Part shown: piece by piece, positions 27,461 through 35,750 of the stretch | Layout: every line of letters starts with the position of its first letter | Position numbering within the stretch: position 1 is the stretch's first letter | Source: Candidatus Thorarchaeota archaeon | Lineage (GTDB): Archaea; Asgardarchaeota; Thorarchaeia; Thorarchaeales; Thorarchaeaceae | Direction: 5' to 3' | Assembly (NCBI GenBank): GCA_048884785.1 | Contig: JBHLQM010000020.1 | Location: 1 to 49,537, forward strand | Length of the DNA stretch: 49,537 bases | The notes under the pieces: generated by a model | What the model was told of the DNA's origin: nothing | Databases searched by the model: none | What the model saw: the letters and a program-made list of their open reading frames with translations, nothing else | Program-made: the position numbers and the translations under genes

Positions 27461-27570
27461 CAGTTGCTACCTCCATCGCTGCTAAAGGCCTCAAACAAGT
27501 TCTCGTTTGAATGGAGCCGCTTATTCGAAACCTTCCAACTTGAGAGCTTTCGTCTTTCAAGGTCATCCAT
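27460..27570 (-). CDS. Microprotein A, 36 aa (MDDLERRKLSSWKVSNKRLHSNENLFEAFSSDGGSN)
   Basis: Hand-translated. GGGTG RBS; stop overlaps the ORF B start; TATA-like AAATATATAAG at about 27634-27644. Confidence 0.5.
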   Translation of the reverse strand: MDDLERRKLSSWKVSNKRLHSNENLFEAFSSDGGSN

Positions 27571-27794
27571 TTTGAACACCCGTTTTTTCGCGAGAATTTT
27601 TTCCTCGCATGGTAATAGTATTACCTCTGACATCTTATATATTTATCGTTACTATATTAACGTCAGATATTTTAAGCTTATGATTGAAAACTCATTTGAT
27701 ATCCCTACAAAAGCGTTCGTCGATTTGCACTACACCGAATCATCAGTGCTGAATTCGGACTGGCCGATAATGACTAGGAATTGGAAAGAGATAT

Positions 27795-28766
27795 TTGCAC
27801 CAATTGAGATACGAGATACTCGGTATTCATACTGGCGAGGAGGCCTCGAGTATTTCGAAAAGCAAACCAAAGGAAAGAACAAGTAAAATAACGACAGATT
27901 CGAAGAAATCCCGTCCCAAAAAATCTGAACCAAAGAAGAAAGCCTCAGATATGAAGAAAGCATCAAAGACCACTCCCAAGAAGAAATCCACTCCTGCAAA
28001 GAAGGCTCCTGCAAAAGCCAAGCCGCCAGCCAAACCGAAGAAGAAGCCTGTAGATCCAAAGAAAGAGCTTGAAGAACGGGTAAAACAGAATGAGAATGAC
28101 GCCCAAGCATGGTATGAACTGGGTGAGTATCTACGAGTAAACGAGGAATTCGAACAGGCAGAAGAGGCTTTGAAACAGGCTCTTCGACTGGACCAGACCA
28201 AATCGGAAGCATACAAGAGTCTGGGATTACTATACCTCTCAACTGACAGAATCGAGAAGAGTGACCAGGCCTTTCGGCAATCTGTATCTCTTCAACCAAC
28301 AAAATCCGAGTCACACTTTGAGATAGCACGGGATCTGATGAACAAAGGGGACTATATGGGTGCAATCAATGTGATAAATGATTGCTTAAAATCAAATGGT
28401 GAGGACTGTGAAGCACTAAACATGCTGGCTACAGCTCATCTCAAATCAGATGACCTTGGCAAGGCAGAGAAAGCTGCAAAGAGGGCGGTGCAGGTGAATA
28501 GCTCGTATCATGAGGGGTGGATAACACTAGGACAGGTAATGGGAGAACGTGGAAAGAATAAGGATTCCCTATCTGCCTTCCGAAAGGCAATTGAATTAAA
28601 TCCAGAGAATCCCTCATCCTTTGTCAAAATGGGAATCACCTATGTCAGAATGAAGAACTATGATGATGCGATTTCTTCATTCCAGCAGGCAATCAGACTA
28701 GACCCTGACAATGAGGCAGCGAGAAGAAATCTTGAAGTGATATACAAACATACAGGCCGAAAGTAA
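27795..28766 (+). CDS. TPR protein with a histone H1-like Lys/Pro/Ala-rich N-terminal region
   Basis: KKASKTTPKKKSTPAKKAPAKAKPPAKPKKK followed by about 6-7 TPRs. Start is uncertain. Confidence 0.8.
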   Translation: MHQLRYEILGIHTGEEASSISKSKPKERTSKITTDSKKSRPKKSEPKKKASDMKKASKTTPKKKSTPAKKAPAKAKPPAKPKKKPVDPKKELEERVKQNENDAQAWYELGEYLRVNEEFEQAEEALKQALRLDQTKSEAYKSLGLLYLSTDRIEKSDQAFRQSVSLQPTKSESHFEIARDLMNKGDYMGAINVINDCLKSNGEDCEALNMLATAHLKSDDLGKAEKAAKRAVQVNSSYHEGWITLGQVMGERGKNKDSLSAFRKAIELNPENPSSFVKMGITYVRMKNYDDAISSFQQAIRLDPDNEAARRNLEVIYKHTGRK

Positions 28767-28839
28767 GTACCAATGACGAAATAATACTGACCCATTGGTA
28801 GTGTTGTCATGAATCAGGACAAATCAAAAAGAAGAAGGA

Positions 28840-28862
28840 ACCCAGCCGTTTCCTGGCTGGGT
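28840..28862 (-). terminator. Hairpin terminator after etfA
   Basis: ACCCAGCC/GGCTGGGT stem, followed on the minus strand by TCCTTCTTCTTTTT. Confidence 0.6.
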
Positions 28863-28873
28863 ATTTGGGCTCT

Positions 28874-30073
28874 TTACCTCTCAGCCTGAACTCGCTTGAT
28901 TTCGGCGATGACCTCGGGGATTATTGCGAAGAGATCTCCTACAATCCCATAATCTGCTATCTCGAAAATAGGAGCCTCTGGATCCTTGTTGACTGCAACT
29001 ATCACATCGCTGCTAGACATGCCAGCGCAATGTTGTATTGCGCCAGAGATTCCGAGAGCAAAATAGAGCTTTGGTGAGACAGTTCTTCCAGACTGACCAA
29101 CCTGTTGTGTAGGTGGCAGCCATCCTAGGTCAACAATTGGCCGCGAGCCTCCTATTGCAGCATCAAGAAGCTTAGCAAGCTCCTTTGGAAGCTCAAGATT
29201 TGCAGGGTCTTTGATGCCACGTCCACTGCATACAATGATATCGGCCTCTTCAACAGAGATCATATCATCAGCCACTTCTCTCACTCTCTCCAGAACACGA
29301 GTACGAACCTGCACCGGACTAATGTTTAGATGTACCTTTTCAATCTCGCCTGTTCGTGACGTGTCGCGTTCTGTGGGTTTGAAGACGTTTGGCCGTACTG
29401 TTGCCATCTGGGGCCGGGTATACGGGCACAAAATCTCAGCCATTATGTTTCCACCAAAAGCAGGGCGTGTTTGGACTAGCTGACGTTCCTCATCGATATC
29501 CAACCCAGTGCAATCAGCGGTAAGACCAAGAGCTAGTCTGGCTGCAATTCTAGGGGCAAGGTCTCTGCCATTACCAGTTGCACCATAGAGGACGATAGCG
29601 GGTTTTCTTGGAGTTATCAATGATGTAACAGCGATGGTATATGCATCAGTTGTATAGTCAGCCAAGATCTTATCATCCACTATCAATACCTTGTCCGCCC
29701 CTTGGTGGATAAGCGATGGGGCTAGGCTTTCAATTTCATGGCCAAGCAAGAGTGCAACGACCTTCTCACCCAGCTTGTCTGCCAATTCACGTGCCTTGGT
29801 GACAAGCTCAAAAGATACACTTCTCAGTCTACCTTCATGAGTCTCACAAACAACCCAGACGTTCTTGTACTGTGCAATTGCCTCCTTGTCAATAGTCTGG
29901 CGCTCAATATGAATTGCATCCGCAGGACAGACCTCTTCGCACGATCCACATAGAACACACTTGTCTAGGTCGAATTTTACCTTTTTATCATCCTTCTCTA
30001 TTGCACCAAAGTTGCATGCCTTGGGGCATAGCATACAGCCTGTACAGGCATCTCTATCAAATATCAGACCCAT
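28874..30073 (-). CDS. etfA: Electron transfer flavoprotein alpha subunit with an N-terminal 2x[4Fe-4S] ferredoxin
   Basis: CxxCxxCxxxC twice; GLTADCT, RPAFGGN, QVGQSG and GISGAIQH motifs. Confidence 0.95.
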   Translation of the reverse strand: MGLIFDRDACTGCMLCPKACNFGAIEKDDKKVKFDLDKCVLCGSCEEVCPADAIHIERQTIDKEAIAQYKNVWVVCETHEGRLRSVSFELVTKARELADKLGEKVVALLLGHEIESLAPSLIHQGADKVLIVDDKILADYTTDAYTIAVTSLITPRKPAIVLYGATGNGRDLAPRIAARLALGLTADCTGLDIDEERQLVQTRPAFGGNIMAEILCPYTRPQMATVRPNVFKPTERDTSRTGEIEKVHLNISPVQVRTRVLERVREVADDMISVEEADIIVCSGRGIKDPANLELPKELAKLLDAAIGGSRPIVDLGWLPPTQQVGQSGRTVSPKLYFALGISGAIQHCAGMSSSDVIVAVNKDPEAPIFEIADYGIVGDLFAIIPEVIAEIKRVQAER

Positions 30074-30074
30074 C

Positions 30075-30872
30075 TTAGATTACCCCCTTCTCTAAAAGGA
30101 ATTGAACAAGCTTTTTCGCTGCTTCCTTTGGATCCTGGACCTCGACCTTGATGCCTCCAGATTTCCTAACAGGCGGAAACACCTTTCTGACAGTGGTGGG
30201 AGACCCTTTCAGCCCGAGTTTGTCTGGGGGAACACCCAGAGTAGCCGCATCGACCACTTCTAGCGGCTTCTTCTTTGCCTTCATGATGCCCATGATATTG
30301 GGTAAGCGTGGCTCATTGAGACCCTTTGTGGCGGTGAGAAGTACTGGCATCTTTGCGCGAATTACCTCATATCCATCATCAGTCTCTCTTCGACAGATGA
30401 CATGCTTTCCGCCTTCATCAATCTCCACCTTGCGTACATAGCATATCTGAGGGATTCTAAGAATCTCAGCAATCTCTGGACCTACTTGTGCTGTGTCACC
30501 ATCAATCGCCTGCTTCCCACATATTACAATATCATACTCCATCTTTTTGATCTGTTCAGCAAGCGTTAAAGCTGTCACCCAAGTATCTGCACCCGCAAAG
30601 ACACGGTCAGTCATATGGATAGCCCTGTCTGCGCCCATCGCCATTGCCTTGTAAAGCACATCTACAGCTTGGGGGGGACCCATGGTTATCACAGTAATCT
30701 CACTATCCTCGCCGCCATAGGCCTCCTTCAACCTGATTGCCTCTTCTACGGCAAATTCATCAAAAGGATTCAAGATGCTAGGAACGCCATCTCGAATCAG
30801 AGTTCCTGTTTCGGGGTTGACCTTTACCTCAGCGACTTCAGGGACCTGTTTCACTGGTACTATAATCTTCAA
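30075..30872 (-). CDS. etfB: Electron transfer flavoprotein beta subunit
   Basis: KQVP, NPFDEFAVE, AGADT, GKQAIDGDTAQVG and GLKGSPT motifs. Confidence 0.95.
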   Translation of the reverse strand: MKIIVPVKQVPEVAEVKVNPETGTLIRDGVPSILNPFDEFAVEEAIRLKEAYGGEDSEITVITMGPPQAVDVLYKAMAMGADRAIHMTDRVFAGADTWVTALTLAEQIKKMEYDIVICGKQAIDGDTAQVGPEIAEILRIPQICYVRKVEIDEGGKHVICRRETDDGYEVIRAKMPVLLTATKGLNEPRLPNIMGIMKAKKKPLEVVDAATLGVPPDKLGLKGSPTTVRKVFPPVRKSGGIKVEVQDPKEAAKKLVQFLLEKGVI

Positions 30873-31088
30873 TCGTACACCACCGGATTGGTTACATATC
30901 TCTGCCGTGGACAGCTTGTCCCCATTATAAGCAATACGATGTTATCATAATGGGCGAATCAGAGGCGCATTCGCCATAACATGCACACTCATACACTAGT
31001 GATTGCATTCAGCCCTCGGATGCAAATCTTCTGAGAAGTGCAGCACTAATGCTTTTAACTCCGGAGAATTCCAACGCAATGATGGAAC

Positions 31089-31655
31089 ATGCAACTCGAC
31101 TGGTTATTAGACCCGGCTTGGTGGAGTACTTACCTTTTGAATTCATCATGGTGGATTGTAGGTATTGCTGTTCTGATTTTTTACATATGGGGCGCTCTCA
31201 AGGATAAGGACAAGACTATTCGGGGAGTGAAGAAATCAGGCAAGTTTGTGGTTAAATCAATGCCTCTCTTTTTCTTGGCTGTTTTGTTGATCGGCTTTAT
31301 GAAAGAGGTGTTGTTCCCCGATGAGCAGACTGTGCTGAATATTTTTGGGAATGCAGATATCGGGATTTTCTGGGCCACTTTACTTGGATTTGTATTGCCA
31401 GGACCTCGATATGCAATCTACCCATTAGCGGAGTTTATTCTAATGGCAGGAGGAGGAGTAGGGTCAGTAATGGCCCTTATAGCAGCTCAGCAACTCATCG
31501 ATGTGCCAGAGGGGTGCTTTATTGAGATTAAGTACCTGAGTTCCAAATTCTTCTTGGCACGACTAGTCATAGCAATCTTGACCACGATAGTCGCAGCATA
31601 TCTCGCGATTCTAGTCAATAGCTTCTATCCCCTATGGACAGCTCCACCAGGGTAA
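31089..31655 (+). CDS. Predicted permease (DUF318-like), half-size subunit 1
   Basis: LPGPRYAIYP motif; about 5 TM. Confidence 0.65.
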   Translation: MQLDWLLDPAWWSTYLLNSSWWIVGIAVLIFYIWGALKDKDKTIRGVKKSGKFVVKSMPLFFLAVLLIGFMKEVLFPDEQTVLNIFGNADIGIFWATLLGFVLPGPRYAIYPLAEFILMAGGGVGSVMALIAAQQLIDVPEGCFIEIKYLSSKFFLARLVIAILTTIVAAYLAILVNSFYPLWTAPPG

Positions 31656-32276
31656 ATGAGGTTTGCAGAGATGACTGAAGAGAACCAAGAATCGCCACAG
31701 CTGGCAGTGGCAAAGGAAAAAACAGGTCTTCGGAGAATTCTTGATGCCATTATGGTTGAAGGAATGCTTCTAGTTTTGCTGGTCGTCTTCTTTGTCTGGG
31801 TGGCACTAGCCATCCCAACTAGGATTGGTGATGCAATTGATTTCTCTGTTGAGAATCTTATAGAAACAATTCCGATATTCATAATCGCGAGCTTGCTTGC
31901 AGGCTGGGTAGATGCATGGATAGACAAGGATATTGCTACACGGCTTTTCCGGGAACAGAATCTCCTAGTCAGTATGATAGCAATCACCATCCTCGGAATA
32001 TTCACGCCGGGTCCGATATACTCGATATTTCCAATTGTTTGGGTGCTCCGGAAGAAGGGAATTGGCTCTCATTACTTAATTGCCTACATCACAGGACAGA
32101 CCCTCATGGGTCCAATGAGAATACCTCTCGAGATTTACTATCTGGGAGTGCCATTCTTCCTTTTCAGGGTGTTTTCATCAATCCTTTTGGGTGTGTTTGC
32201 CGGACTATGTGCCTATCCGCTACGAAAGAAACTTGATGTTGCACTTGACCAAGTGCCTCACGAGTTTGAGAGATGA
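31656..32276 (+). CDS. Predicted permease (DUF318-like), half-size subunit 2
   Basis: TPGPIYSIFP and RIPLEIYYLG..F..FR motifs; paralogue of the preceding gene. Confidence 0.7.
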   Translation: MRFAEMTEENQESPQLAVAKEKTGLRRILDAIMVEGMLLVLLVVFFVWVALAIPTRIGDAIDFSVENLIETIPIFIIASLLAGWVDAWIDKDIATRLFREQNLLVSMIAITILGIFTPGPIYSIFPIVWVLRKKGIGSHYLIAYITGQTLMGPMRIPLEIYYLGVPFFLFRVFSSILLGVFAGLCAYPLRKKLDVALDQVPHEFER

Positions 32277-32394
32277 TAAAGCTAATGAGGGGTGTTGCAC
32301 AATGCTTTTATCCTAGCCAATAGTGGTAACGATTCAGTATAACCGACCAGTTGTGGATACAAAGGTAATCCGTAACAAACCAGAGGTTTTGTAA

Positions 32395-32706
32395 ATGGGC
32401 AAGGAAAAAATCATTGGTGCGCTAATATTCATCTTCGCGCTTCTTGTGCTTATCTATTACACCTGGGGCTTGCTATTAATCCAGATATTTCCGGATCTGG
32501 CTAATATTGCTCCAGCAGGATGGGAGTGGCTCTTCGCCCCTGACTGGAAATGGCTGGTCATTCTACCTATCTGGCTTGCCGCAGTTCTTGTTATGGTGAT
32601 AGCCATGTGGATTGGCTGGACCATGTTAACTACTCCTGCACCTGAGCCCCTCGAGGACTTCGATTTTGACGAAGAGTCCATTGAGCCTGAGAAGAAAGAA
32701 GAGTAA
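32395..32706 (+). CDS. Small 2-TM protein, DPM2/PIG-P-like
   Basis: EKIIG...IYYTW...P...VILP...WIGWTM resembles the eukaryotic DPM2 pattern and a conserved archaeal 2-TM family ending TTP.P.P.E. Confidence 0.6.
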   Translation: MGKEKIIGALIFIFALLVLIYYTWGLLLIQIFPDLANIAPAGWEWLFAPDWKWLVILPIWLAAVLVMVIAMWIGWTMLTTPAPEPLEDFDFDEESIEPEKKEE

Positions 32707-32722
32707 TCCATCATAACCCTGA

Positions 32723-32760
32723 GAGAGGGTTTTCGAGCCCTCTCACCAGTTCTCTTTTTA
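32723..32760 (+). terminator. Hairpin (TTCG loop) + U-tract terminator
   Basis: GAGAGGGTT-TTCG-AGCCCTCTC, then TTCTCTTTTT. Confidence 0.6.
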
Positions 32761-32844
32761 GTTTGTATACGGTTCTCATAGTGTGAACTTTCATATCCTG
32801 AGATGTATATGTAATTGGCAGATGCAGTTTACCTGAGGAGGTAG

Positions 32845-33153
32845 GTGTCATTGCAAATCCTTGGAGACCCTGGGCTTCTAGCGGCATGGTCACTTTTAAT
32901 CGGACTTGCATGGCTATTTGTGCGTGAAAAGGGGATTAAAGATAGACAGCTCTGCAGGGCGTGTGTTGCCATATGCACGGCACTTTTAGCAATTTGGACG
33001 GTTGGAACCACGATTTTCCTCATGACACCAGAGGGCACAATCAGATATTACATTCTTTTTGATGGACTCAACATCCTTGTTCTGCTACCTGTTTTTCTTA
33101 TGGTCATGGACCTGCTATGGCAGATTGGCAAGTTGAAACGCAATGATGTCTAG
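32845..33153 (+). CDS. Small hypothetical membrane protein (3 TM)
   Basis: GAGGAGG RBS; hydrophobic helices. Confidence 0.55.
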   Translation: MSLQILGDPGLLAAWSLLIGLAWLFVREKGIKDRQLCRACVAICTALLAIWTVGTTIFLMTPEGTIRYYILFDGLNILVLLPVFLMVMDLLWQIGKLKRNDV

Positions 33154-34508
33154 TTCCCGCTAATGCCATTCTTAATCAGTTCTACACCCTTTTTGCAGAG
33201 TTCATCGGCTTTAATCTGAGTCTTTGCCTCAGCAAAACATCTCCAGAGAGGCTCAGTTCCTGATGGGCGAAGAAGCACCCAACCTTCATCGAGCACCAGT
33301 TTTATGCCATCAAGTGTGATTCTCTCTTCATCTTTGGTCTTTTCAAGCAGAATATCAAGTAGCCTATCCTTCTTTTCAGGAGGGACGTGCACCTTTGTCT
33401 TGGAACTGAAGTATTGCGGAAGTGCTGAAACAAGTTCAGAGAGTTTCTTGCCTTCCTGAGCCATCATATCAACTATCTGCGCAGATGTCATAGCTCCATC
33501 TCGAACTGCTTGGTGATTGGGATAGAATACTCCACCATTCTCTTCACCACCAAGTTCCGCATTTATCTCTTTGACTCTATGGGAAACAACCACACTCCCT
33601 ACTTCTGTCCAGTCAATAATTGCACCAGTTTCCTCTACTACGTCCTCTATGAGCCTGCCACTACTGACAGGAGTGACCAGTGTTGAGTTCGGTTTCTTGC
33701 CAAGAATGAATTTTGCTATAATCGCGAATGATTGGTCACCCCAGAGAATACGACCCGTTTCATCCACAAATGTTGCGCGATCTGCATCTCCATCATGAGC
33801 GATTCCAAGATCAGCTCCAACAGACACAACTGTTTGCGAGAGGTCAGTGAGATTCTCTGGTAGTGGTTCAGGATCCCTTCCAGGAAACATGCCGTCCAAT
33901 TGGGAATTGATTGAGATGACTTTGCATCCAAGTTCACGAAGAAGCAGGGGAGTCACTAAAGATCCAACGCTTGTGGCGCCATCTACGACAACTTTCAGGT
34001 TTCGCTCTTTCAGCGCGGCTTGATTCACATGTGATTTGATTGCCTCGATGTAGCGTCGAATGGCCAGCTCATCAGTTGTCACCGAACCAATTGAATCCCA
34101 AGAAGCTTTCCTGAAATTTCTTGAAACATATACTTCCTCTATCCGGTCTTCAATGGCCCGAGTCACCTCAATTCCATCGGCCCCAATGACTTTGACACCA
34201 TTGAATTGGGGAGGATTATGTGATGCAGTTATCATGATGCCGCCTACGCAGCCAAGAAGCGGTGCATTGAATTGCAGCACGGGAGTTGGTGCAGGTCCAA
34301 TATCAATGACTGAGCAACCAGTTGACAGGAGACCTGCTACGACGGTCTTATTGAACATCACTCCACCCATTCTTGAGTCGCTGGAAACTGCGATTGTTCC
34401 AGGACCAAGCACCGTGCCAGCCGCCCTTGCAAGGTCTAGGGCCAAATCTACGGTGAAATCTTCATTAATGACTCCACGGACACCATTGGTTCCAAAGATC
34501 TTCCCCAT
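33150..34508 (-). CDS. glmM: Phosphohexomutase (phosphoglucosamine mutase / PMM-PGM)
   Basis: FGTNGVRG, ITASHNP (phospho-Ser), HDGDADR, GGEENG and RPSGTEP motifs. Substrate specificity cannot be fixed from motifs alone. Confidence 0.85.
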   Translation of the reverse strand: MGKIFGTNGVRGVINEDFTVDLALDLARAAGTVLGPGTIAVSSDSRMGGVMFNKTVVAGLLSTGCSVIDIGPAPTPVLQFNAPLLGCVGGIMITASHNPPQFNGVKVIGADGIEVTRAIEDRIEEVYVSRNFRKASWDSIGSVTTDELAIRRYIEAIKSHVNQAALKERNLKVVVDGATSVGSLVTPLLLRELGCKVISINSQLDGMFPGRDPEPLPENLTDLSQTVVSVGADLGIAHDGDADRATFVDETGRILWGDQSFAIIAKFILGKKPNSTLVTPVSSGRLIEDVVEETGAIIDWTEVGSVVVSHRVKEINAELGGEENGGVFYPNHQAVRDGAMTSAQIVDMMAQEGKKLSELVSALPQYFSSKTKVHVPPEKKDRLLDILLEKTKDEERITLDGIKLVLDEGWVLLRPSGTEPLWRCFAEAKTQIKADELCKKGVELIKNGISGN

Positions 34509-34585
34509 GCAGATGCACCTTTTTCGATTGTGCAAGGACGTCAGAACTTAAGAGTTGCTACGCGGTCATTAGCAGGAGTATAGAG

Positions 34586-35143
34586 ATGCCAATATTCGAT
34601 CGAAATAAGAACAGGGAGTATGAGAGGGCGGCTCGCCTACTGGCTGAGGGTCAGATTGAGCAGGCAATAGATGCACTCGAAGCAATTATAGAGAAAACTC
34701 CCACTCACACTAATGCATTGACTTCTCTAGGAGTTGCCCTGATACAATCGCTAGGAAAAGAGAATAAGGATGAAACAGTGATTGAGAAGGCTATTAGTTA
34801 TCTAGATCAAGCTGCACAGACAAATCCAACGGATCCTGTGCCAGTCTTCAACAAAGCTGTCTGCTTGAGAGATCTTGGAAGACTGGAGGATGCACTGGCA
34901 GGGTTTGACCGCGTATTGGAAATTGAAGACCGCTTTGCATTGGCAATCCTGCACAAAGCTGAGATAAACTACGAGCTGGAAAACTGGGAAGAAGCAGTTG
35001 ATTTGGCAAGGCTTGCTCTGATACGGGATCCTGGAATGGCATCATCCATGACTTGGGTTAAAGACGCGATGGAGAAGGCAGGGCTTCTTGATGAGGACGG
35101 AAATCCAATTGAGAGACCCCCAAACAAGCCTAGGATGTTCTAG
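34586..35143 (+). CDS. TPR protein
   Basis: About 4 TPR-like repeats. Confidence 0.8.
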   Translation: MPIFDRNKNREYERAARLLAEGQIEQAIDALEAIIEKTPTHTNALTSLGVALIQSLGKENKDETVIEKAISYLDQAAQTNPTDPVPVFNKAVCLRDLGRLEDALAGFDRVLEIEDRFALAILHKAEINYELENWEEAVDLARLALIRDPGMASSMTWVKDAMEKAGLLDEDGNPIERPPNKPRMF

Positions 35144-35248
35144 TAGATTACCTAGGTAGAACCTCAATGTTTAAATTGATACTACGGCGAGTGAGGCCAG
35201 TTTTGGACGGGTGTAACTACCTCCGTCAAGACCATGTCAGGTGATTAG

Positions 35249-35659
35249 ATGTCACAAAAATCCGAACCAATGTACAGAGGAGTACCGCTCTCAGAGCTTG
35301 TCAAGTTGAATATGGACTCGCTTATTGAACTGCTACCAACACGCAGAAGAAGGACTCTCAAGAGAGGACTACCTCCAAGGCAAAAGAAACTTCTCATGAA
35401 GCTAAGAAATGCTCGAAAGGCACAGAGAAAAGGGAAGGAGGTCGTTGTAAGAACACACTGCCGTGACATGGTTATTCTTCCTGAGATGGTGGACCTTACT
35501 ATTGCTGTGCATACTGGAAAAGAGTTTCAGAGAATCAAAATTCTGCCTCAGATGATAGGACATGTGCTTGGCGAGTTTGCCATCCCAACAAGGCGTGTTT
35601 CACACGGCAATCCGGGTATTGGAGCAACTAAGAGCTCCGCTTACGTCCCATTGAAGTAG
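35249..35659 (+). CDS. rps19p: 30S ribosomal protein uS19 (archaeal S19P/eS15-type)
   Basis: YRG, RRRRTLKRG, VRTHCRDMVILPEM, MIGHVLGEF and PGIGATKSSAYVPLK motifs. Confidence 0.97.
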   Translation: MSQKSEPMYRGVPLSELVKLNMDSLIELLPTRRRRTLKRGLPPRQKKLLMKLRNARKAQRKGKEVVVRTHCRDMVILPEMVDLTIAVHTGKEFQRIKILPQMIGHVLGEFAIPTRRVSHGNPGIGATKSSAYVPLK

Positions 35660-35677
35660 AATCGATCTTATTTGTGG

Positions 35678-35702
35678 AAGGGGGATGCTTACACCCCCTT
35701 TT
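35678..35702 (+). terminator. Hairpin terminator after rps19p
   Basis: AAGGGGG/CCCCCTT stem, then T-rich sequence. Confidence 0.5.
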
Positions 35703-35750
35703 CGCACTGTAAATGACCCTACAACTCTTTTTTTCTCTCAGTAAGACATC

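Noticed and set aside
27186-27886. Plus-strand ORFs 27186-27485 and 27464-27886 from the ORF track
   Set aside because: No RBS and atypical composition; they are largely antisense shadows of the minus-strand microprotein cassette and its promoter. Only the 3' 38 codons of the second ORF are kept as a candidate.
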